Positions 1-7,527 of a DNA stretch of 7,527 nt are shown piece by piece (position 1 is the stretch's first letter; each line of letters opens with the position of its first letter). Location of the stretch: NCBI GenBank assembly GCA_002269645.1, contig NIVC01005268.1, forward strand, positions 1 to 7,527, read 5' to 3'. The translations under genes were made by a program, and so were the position numbers. The notes under the pieces are model-generated. The model had not been told where the DNA came from and made no database searches. It saw only the letters and a list, made by a program, of their open reading frames with translations. This DNA comes from Macrostomum lignano. Lineage: Eukaryota.

Positions 1-3000
1 TCTATGATTTTTTACATGACGCTTTATGATTGTTTACCATGACGCTTCTATGATTTTATCATGACGCTTCTATGATTGTTTACATGACGTTCTATGATTT
101 TTATGAGCTTCTATGATTGTTTAATGACGCTTCTATGATGTTTACATGACGCTTCTATGATTTTTTACATGACGCTTCTACGATTTTTACATGACGCTCT
201 ATGATTGTTTACATGACGCTTCTATATTTTTATATGACGCTTCTAATGATTTTTACATGACGCTTCTATGATTTTTTAATGACGCTTCTATGATTGTTTT
301 ACATGACGCTTCTATGATTTTTTACATGACGCTTCTTATGATTGTTTACATGACGCTTCTATGATTTTTTACATGACGCTTCTATGATTTTTACATGACG
401 CTTCTATGATTGTTTACATGACGCTTCTATGATTTGTTTACATGACGCTTCTATGATTTTTACATGACGCTTCTATGATTTTTACATACGCTTCTATGAT
501 TGTTTACATGACGCTTCTATGATTGTTTACATGACGCTTCTATGATTTTTACATGACGCTTCTATGATTGTTTACATGACGCTTCTATGATTTTTACATG
601 ACGCTTCTATGATTTTTTACATGACGCTTCTATGATTTTTTACATGACGCTTCTATGATTGTTTACATGACGCTTCTATGATTGTTTACATGACGCTTCT
701 ATGATTTTTTACATGACGCTTCTATGATTGTTTACATGACGCTTCTATGATTGTTTACATGACGCTTCTATGATTTTTTACATGACGCTTCTATGATTTT
801 TACATGACGCTTCTATGATTGTTTACATGACGCTTCTATGATTTTTACATGACGCTTCTATGATTTTTTACATGACGCTTCTATGATTGTTTACATGACG
901 CTTCTATGATTTTTTTACATGACGCTTCTATGATTTTTTACATGACGCTTCTATGATTTTTTACATGACGCTTCTATGATTGTTTACATGACGCTTCTAT
1001 GATTTTTTACATGACGCTTCTACGATTTTTACATGACGCTTCTATGATTGTTTACATGACGCTTCTATGATTTTTAATGACGCTTCTATGATTTTACATG
1101 ACGCTTCTATGATTTTTACATGACGCTTTATGATTGTTTACATGACGCTTCTATGATTTTTATATGACGCTTCTATGATTTTTTACATGACGCTTCTATG
1201 ATTTTTACATGACGCTTCTATGATTGTTTACATGACGCTTCTATGATTGTTTTACATGGCTTCTATGATTTTACATGACGCTTCTATGATTGTTTACATG
1301 ACGCTTCTATGATTGTTTTACATGACGCTTCTATGATTTTTACATGACGCTTCTATGATTGTTTACATGACGCTTCTATGATTGTTTCATGACGCTTCTA
1401 TGATTTTTTACATGACGCTTCTATGATTTTTCATGACGCTTCTAATTTTTTACATGACGCTTCTATGATTGTTTACATGACGCTTCTATGATTTTTTATG
1501 ACGCTTCTATGATTTTTACATGACGCTTCTATGATTTTTACATGACGCTTCTATGATTGTTTACATGACGCTTCTATGATTGTTTACATGACGCTTCTAT
1601 GATTTTTTACATGACGCTTCTATGATTTTTACATGACGCTTCTATGATTGTTTACATGACGCTTCTATGATTTTACATGACGCTTCTATGATTTTTTACA
1701 TGACGCTTCTATGATTTTTACATGACGCTTCTATGATTGTTTACATGACGCTTCTATGATTTTTTACATGACGCTTCTATGATTTTTTACATGACGCTTC
1801 TATGATTGTTTACATGACGCTTCTATGATTGTTTACATGACGCTTCTATGATTTTTACATGACGCTTCTATGATTGTTTACATGACGCTTCTATGATTGT
1901 TTACATGACGCTTCTATGATTTTTCATGACGCTTCTATGATTGTTTACATGACGCTTCTATGATTTTACATGACGCTTCTATGATTTTTACATGACGCTT
2001 CTATGATTGTTTACATGACGCTTCTATGATTGTTTACATGACGCTTCTATGATTTTTTACATGACGCTTCTATGATTGTTTACATGACGCTTCTATGATT
2101 GTTTACATGACGCTTCTATGATTGTTTACATGACGCTTCTATGATTTTTTACATGACGCTTCTAGATTTTTTACATGACGCTTCTATGATTTTTACATGA
2201 CGCTTCTATGATTTTTTATGACGCTTCTATGATTGTTTACATGACGCTTCTATGATTTTTTACATGACGCTTCTATGATTGTTTACATGACGCTTCTATG
2301 ATTTTTACATGGCGCTTCTATGATTGTTTACATGACGCTTCTATGATTTTTTACATGACGCTTCTATGATTGTTTACATGACGCTTCTATGATTTTTACA
2401 TGACGCTTCTATGATTTTTACATGACGCTTCTATGATTGTTTACATGACGCTTCTATGATTGTTTACATGACGCTTCTATGATTTTTACATGACGCTTCT
2501 ATTTTTTACATGACGCTTCTATGATTGTTTACATGACGCTTCTATGATTTTTATATGACGCTTCTATGATTTTTTACATGACGCTTCTATGATTTTTACA
2601 TGACGCTTCTATGATTGTTTACATGACGCTTCTATGATTTTTACATGACGCTTCTATGATTTTTTACATGACGCTTCTATGATTTTTACATGACGCTTCT
2701 ATGATTGTTTACATGACGCTTCTATGATTGTTTACATGACGCTTCTATGATTGTTTACATGACGCTTCTATGATTTTTACATGACGCTTCTATGATTGTT
2801 TACATGACGCTTCTATGATTTTTACATGACGCTTCTATGATTTTTACATGACGCTTCTATGATTTTTACATGACGCTTCTATGATTGTTTACATGACGCT
2901 TCTATGATTTTTACATGACGCTTCTATGATTTTTTACATGACGCTTCTATGATTGTTTACATGACGCTTCTATGATTGTTTACATGACGCTTCTATGATT

Positions 3001-5588
3001 TTTACATGACGCTTCTATGATTGTTTACATGACGCTTCTATGATTGTTTACATGACGCTTCTATGATTTTTACATGACGCTTCTATGATTGTTTACATGA
3101 CGCTTCTATGATTGTTTACATGACGCTTCTATGATTGTTTACATGACGCTTCTATGATTTTTTACATGACGCTTCTATGATTTTTACATGACGCTTCTAT
3201 GATTGTTTACATGACGCTTCTATGATTTTTTACATGACGCTTCTATGATTGTTTACATGACGCTTCTATGATTTTTACATGACGCTTCTATGATTGTTTT
3301 ACATGACGCTTCTATGATTTTTACATGACGCTTCTATGATTTTTACATGACGCTTCTATGATTTTTACATGACGCTTCTATGATTGTTTACATGACGCTT
3401 CTATGATTTTTTACATGACGCTTCTATGATTTTTTACATGACGCTTCTATGATTTTTACATGACGCTTCTATGATTGTTTACATGACGCTTCTATGATTT
3501 TTTACATGACGCTTCTATGATTTTTACATGACGCTTCTATGATTGTTTACATGACGCTTCTATGATTTTTACATGACGCTTCTATGATTTTTTACATGAC
3601 GCTTCTATGATTGTTTACATGACGCTTCTATGATTGTTTACATGACGCTTCTATGATTTTTTAATGACGCTTCTATGATTGTTTACATGACGCTTCTATG
3701 ATTTTTATATGACGCTTCTATGATTGTTTACATGACGCTTCTATGATTGTTTACATGACGCTTCTATGATTGTTTACATGACGCTTCTATGATTTTTACA
3801 TGACGCTTCTATGATTGTTTACATGACGCTTCTATGATTTTTACATGACGCTTCTATGATTGTTTACATGACGCTTCTACGATTTTTTACATGACGCTTC
3901 TATGATTGTTTACATGACGCTTCTATGATTTTTACATGACGCTTCTATGATTGTTTACATGACGCTTCTATGATTTTTTACATGACGCTTCTATGATTGT
4001 TTACATGACGCTTCTATGATTGTTTACATGACGCTTCTATGATTGTTTACATGAGCTTCTATGATTTTTACATGACGCTTCTATGATTGTTTACATGACG
4101 CTTCTAAGATTTTTACATGACGCTTCTATGATTGTTTACATGACGCTTTTATGATTTTTACATGACGCTTCTAAGATTTTTTACATGACGCTTCTACGAT
4201 TTTTACATGACGCTTCTATGATTGTTTACATGACGCTTCTATGATTGTTTACATGACGCTTCTATGATTGTTTACATGACGCTTCTAAGATTTTTACATG
4301 ACGCTTTATGATTTTTTACATGACGCTTCTATGATTGTTTACATGACGCTTCTATGATTGTTTACATGACGCTTCTATGATTTTTTACATGACGCTTCTA
4401 CGATTTTTTACATGACGCTTCTATGATTGTTTTACATGACGCTTCTATGATTGTTTTACATGACGCTTCTAAGATTTTTTACATGACGCTTCTATGATTG
4501 TTTACATGTACGCTTCTATGATTTTTACATGACGCTTCTATGATTGTTTACATGACGCTTCTATGATTTTTTTACATGACGCTTCTATGATTTTTTACAT
4601 GACGCTTCTATGATTGTTTTGCATGACGCTTCTATGATTTTTAATGACGCTTCTATGATTTTTACATGACTCTTCTATGATTTTTTACATGACGCTTCTA
4701 TGATTGTTTACATGACGCTTCTATGATTGTTTACATGACGCTTTATGATTGTTTACATGACGCTTCTTGAGATTTTTTACATGACGCTTCTACGATTTTT
4801 TACATGACGCTTCTATGATTGTTTACATGACGCTTCTATGATTGTTTACATGACGCTTCTAAGATTTTTTACATGACGCTTCTACGATTTTTTACATGAC
4901 GCTTTTATGATTGTTTACATGACGCTTCTACGATTTTTATATGACGCTTCTACGATTTTTTACATGACGCTTCTATGATTGTTTACATGACGCTTCTACG
5001 ATTTTTTACATGACGCTTTTATGATTGTTTACATGACGCTTCTATGATTGTTTACATGACGCTTCTAAGATTTTTTACATGACGCTTCTACGATTTTTTA
5101 CATGACGCTTTTATGATTGTTTACATGACGCTTCTACGATTTTTATATGACGCTTCTATGATTTTTTACATGACGCTTTCTATGATTTTTACATGACGCT
5201 TCTATGATTGTTTACATGACGCTTCTATGATTTTTTACATGCGCTTCTATGATTGTTTACATGACGCTTCTATGATTGTTTACATGACGCTTCTATGATT
5301 GTTTACATGACGCTTCTAGATTTTTTACATGACGCTTCTACGATTTTTTACATGACGCTTTTTTGATTGTTTACATGACGCTTCTACGATTTTTATATGA
5401 CGCTTCTTAGATTTTTTACATGACGCTTCTATGATTGTTTACATGACGCTTCTATGATTGTTTACATGACGCTTCTATGATTGTTAACATGACGCTTCTA
5501 TGATTGTTTACATGACGCTTCTATGATTGTTTACATGACGCTTCTATGATTGTTTACATGACGCTTCTACGATTTTTATGACGCTTCT
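1..5588. repeat. Tandem satellite/minisatellite array, 22-23 bp unit, consensus GACGCTTCTATGATT(G/T)TTTACAT, roughly 245 copies, truncated by the window start
   Basis: Directly visible head-to-tail repetition with no spacers. The main variants are ...GATTGTTTACAT (23 bp), ...GATTTTTTACAT (23 bp) and ...GATTTTTACAT (22 bp). The array ends mid-unit after GACGCTTCT at 5588. Copy number is estimated from length divided by unit size. Confidence 0.98.
4852..5398. repeat. Three copies of a four-monomer variant cassette within the satellite (4852-4942, 5058-5148, 5309-5398)
   Basis: The ordered diagnostic variants are CTAAGA-T6, CTACGA-T6, GCTTTTATG-G and CTACGA-T5-ATAT. Copies 1 and 2 are identical over 91 bp. 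Copy 3 differs by one deletion and one A>T change. Confidence 0.9.
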
Positions 5589-5791
5589 TTTTTAAAAAGT
5601 CTTTTAGTTTTCCTGACGTTGAAAAGCTTTAATTAAAAATTATACTTCACCATGAAAATTCAAACATCGTCACTGCTTTAGCAGTTTCAGTTTGTTCACT
5701 TTAGGCTAAGCTCTCATCGTTTTGATAACATCAACTTTTGCACTTATATACTCAACACTTTAAAATCCAAGCATAGAGTAATCACACGAAG

Positions 5792-5960
5792 CAGTTATGA
5801 CATAATCAGTTTCTCAGTCAGTCAGTATCAGTTAACAATACGGTTACGCAATTTAAATCAAGTCTGGTGCTACGCTTCCACACTGCATTTTCAATTCAGT
5901 CGGAGTTACAATTCAGTTATGATGGCAATCTATTTCAGAAGTCAGAATTCAACCAGTCAG
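5792..5960. repeat. CAGT-rich degenerate simple-repeat region
   Basis: (CAGT)3 at 5815-5826. CAGTTATGA at 5792-5800 and 5914-5922. CAATTCAGT at 5892-5900 and 5909-5917. CAGTCAG immediately before 5961. Confidence 0.55.
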
Positions 5961-6213
5961 TTTTTTCTCTAGCATTCTTACAATGCATTTCAAGTCAAAG
6001 TTTGCTTGACCTTTGCAAAAAAGCATGTTTTTCGAATATTTAATGCCTTTAGCATCGAGCAATTTTCTTAGCCACGATGCATGTACCGTCACGGGAAAAT
6101 TTCTGATCGAACAGTGCAAGTTCGAACAAAATCGTCAGCCATTTTTTCTCTAGCCATTTTTTCTCTAATCTATCACAATATATATATAGACATCACATTT
6201 TTAGTATATAGGA
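5959..6213 (-). mobile_element. Putative non-autonomous Helitron-like element, copy A (Lep1/DINE-1-like 5' architecture)
   Basis: About 80% similar by eye to 6214-6461, including a 29 bp exact match (6016-6044 = 6275-6303). The minus strand starts 5'-TCCTATATACTAAAAATG, followed by a short (TA)n microsatellite. CTAG lies near the distal end (5969-5972). The family assignment rests on recalled resemblance, not a database search. Confidence 0.55.
6137..6166. repeat. Perfect 15 bp tandem duplication (AGCCATTTTTTCTCT x2) specific to copy A
   Basis: 6137-6151 is identical to 6152-6166. Copy B has a single counterpart (AGCCGTTTTTTCT). Confidence 0.95.
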
Positions 6214-6461
6214 AGTTTTCTCTTAGCATTCTTTACAATGAATTTTAGGTCGAAAGAGCTGCCTTGACCTTTGCCAAAAAAGCATGTTTTTCGAATATTT
6301 AATCCCTTTAACATTGAGAAAATTTCTTAGCCAGGATGCATGTACCGTCCCAGGAAAATTTCCGATCGAATGCGTGCAAGTTTGAAGAAAATCGGTTGAG
6401 CCGTTTTTTCTGGAATCTATCTCACACATACACACAGACATTTCATTTTTAGTATATACGA
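6214..6461 (-). mobile_element. Putative non-autonomous Helitron-like element, copy B
   Basis: The minus strand reads 5'-TCGTATATACTAAAAATGAAATGTCTGTGTGTATGTGTGAG...AAAACGGCTCAACCGATTTTCTTCAAACTTGCAC. It has a TC start, an AT-rich head, a (TG)n microsatellite and an 'AAAACGGCT.AACCGATTT..AAA.TT' block that I recall from invertebrate Lep1-type Helitrons. CTAA (fits CTRR) is at 6223-6226 on the minus strand. Confidence 0.6.
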
Positions 6462-6467
6462 GTGGAA

Positions 6468-6482
6468 CTCCTCTTCGAGGAG
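6468..6482. other. Perfect short inverted repeat / hairpin CTCCTC-TTC-GAGGAG
   Basis: 6468-6473 is the reverse complement of 6477-6482, with a 3 nt loop. It is GC-rich in an AT-rich context and lies 6 bp from the end of copy B. Function is unknown. Confidence 0.7.
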
Positions 6483-6506
6483 AAAGGGGAAGAACTCCCA
6501 TCACCG

Positions 6507-6559
6507 GAATTCCATCCCTGAATTATCCATCAACTGAAATTCCATGTCTTGAACCCCAT
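6507..6559. repeat. Degenerate ~15 bp repeat (GAA...CCAT x4)
   Basis: GAATTCCAT at 6507, GAATTATCCAT at 6520, GAAATTCCAT at 6536 and GAACCCCAT at 6551, with spacings of 13, 16 and 15 bp. Confidence 0.45.
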
Positions 6560-6616
6560 CTTTCCAAATCGTCTCCAAATTCTTTACAAACCTTTTCAAA
6601 GACCATAGCTCAAAGA

Positions 6617-7527
6617 CTCTTACGTCTCTCATATCTACTCTCTCCTCTCTTCGCTATTATCGTGACTCGCTTCTCTCCTTCTCTCTCATCTCATCTTCTA
6701 CCCCTACTCTCTTATTTATCTCTACTCCCTTATTTATCTCTCTCCCTCGTCTTTCTTCTGTACCCTCTCCTGTCTACTCTCCTATCTTCTATCTTATCTC
6801 TCCCCTTTTCTCTCCTCTCTCATATCTCATCTCTAATCACTTATCTATCGTCTCCGTCTACTTTCTCTCTTCCCTTTTCTCTCTTCTCTTACTCTCATTT
6901 CTCGTATCTCTTATACGCTCTCAACCTCTCCTTTCTTATCTCCCATTTTTCTTCCCTCCTTTCTACTGCATCACCTGTCTCCTCTCCTCTCCATTCTCTC
7001 TTCTCTCCTCTCTCTCCTCTCATCTGTACTATCTTATTTAATCTCTTCTCCCAGGTCTTTCAAATTTACTCTCTCCTGTCTCCTCTCTCCCCTCGTCTTT
7101 CCTCTCTCATATCTCTTCTCTACTCACTTATCTATCTCCTCTCCTCTGCTCCCCTTTTACACTTTCGTATATGCTTCTCACTCTCACCCTCTCCTTTCTT
7201 ATCTCCTGTTTTTTACACTCCTTTTCTACCACCTGTCTCCTTCCTCGTTTCTTCCTCTCTGCACTCTCATCTTTACCCTCTTCTTTCTCCTCACTACTTT
7301 CTTCTCTTAAATCTCTGATCTCTGATCTTTCATCTCTCTCTCTCACCTCTCACCTCTCTCCTCTCTTTCCTCTCTTCTATTGCTCTGTACACTCTTATCC
7401 CTTCTTTCTTCTCTCTCCTGTCTCCTCTTGCTATCTCATATCTCCTCTCTCATATCCTCTCCCTTCATCTCCTCTCTCCTCTTCTCTTCTCTTCTCCTTC
7501 GTTCCCGCCTTACTCCCCTCTTCTCTC
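6617..7527. repeat. Pyrimidine-rich (C/T) low-complexity tract
   Basis: Dominated by CT, TCT and CTCC motifs. I counted about 32 G in 6661-7527 (~4%). It has no regular period and continues to the window end. Confidence 0.93.

Noticed and set aside
1640-3110. Fixed long-period higher-order repeat, suggested by a 14-unit G/T pattern match (about 1640-1950 versus about 2790-3110) and similar neighbourhoods of the CG variants at 181 and 1023
   Set aside because: A 14-symbol match is expected about once or twice by chance in a binary string of ~245 units, and the matches do not extend or recur at a constant period.
1-5588. CRISPR array
   Set aside because: Units are contiguous with no unique spacers, there is no leader or cas gene, and the context is eukaryote-like.
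1-5588. Coding tandem repeat
   Set aside because: Each unit carries two TGA triplets on the plus strand, unit lengths of 22-23 bp shift the frame, and the ORF track reports nothing here.
5872-5878. Satellite core ACGCTTC in the unique spacer
   Set aside because: A 7 bp match with non-matching flanks is compatible with chance.
6016-6044. Derivation of the satellite monomer from the Helitron-like element (shared CATG next to A/T tracts)
   Set aside because: Similarity is limited to CATG plus homopolymer. GACGCTTCTATG has no counterpart in either copy on either strand.
6468-6482. Rho-independent terminator
   Set aside because: There is no U tract on the plus strand, no upstream gene, and no prokaryotic context.
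6223-6504. 93 aa minus-strand ORF over element copy B
   Set aside because: It runs through a hairpin and a microsatellite. The homologous copy A differs by single-base indels (e.g. TTTGCAAAAAA versus TTTGCCAAAAAA), so the frame is not conserved, and there is no Rep/helicase or transposase similarity that I recognise.
6662-7318. 218 aa plus-strand ORF (Ser/Leu/Pro/Phe-rich)
   Set aside because: It lies wholly in the C/T tract, where stop codons are rare for compositional reasons. It has a GTG start, no recognisable domain, and its apparent hydrophobicity simply reflects pyrimidine codons.
7128-7346. 72 aa minus-strand ORF (Glu/Arg/Lys-rich)
   Set aside because: It is the translation of the purine-rich complementary strand of the same low-complexity tract, with no coding evidence.

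Overview
Non-coding, repeat-dominated window that looks eukaryotic; no credible gene. (1) 1-5588 is a tandem array of a 22-23 bp unit (GACGCTTCTATGATT[G/T]TTTACAT, roughly 245 copies) that runs off the left edge. Two main unit types (TTGTTT versus a pure T5-T6 tract) are interspersed in unusually short runs, and a four-monomer variant cassette recurs three times near the right edge. (2) 5589-5958 is AT-rich unique sequence enriched in CAGT motifs. (3) 5959-6461 holds two diverged, head-to-tail ~250 bp copies of an element whose minus strand resembles the 5' part of non-autonomous Helitrons (Lep1/DINE-1-like). A perfect 6 bp hairpin lies just outside it. (4) 6500-7527 is a short degenerate repeat that grades into a ~900 bp C/T-rich low-complexity tract. 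All three supplied ORFs are judged spurious. Scattered single-base indels suggest uncorrected long-read error, so homopolymer lengths and the C/T-rich tail need independent confirmation.
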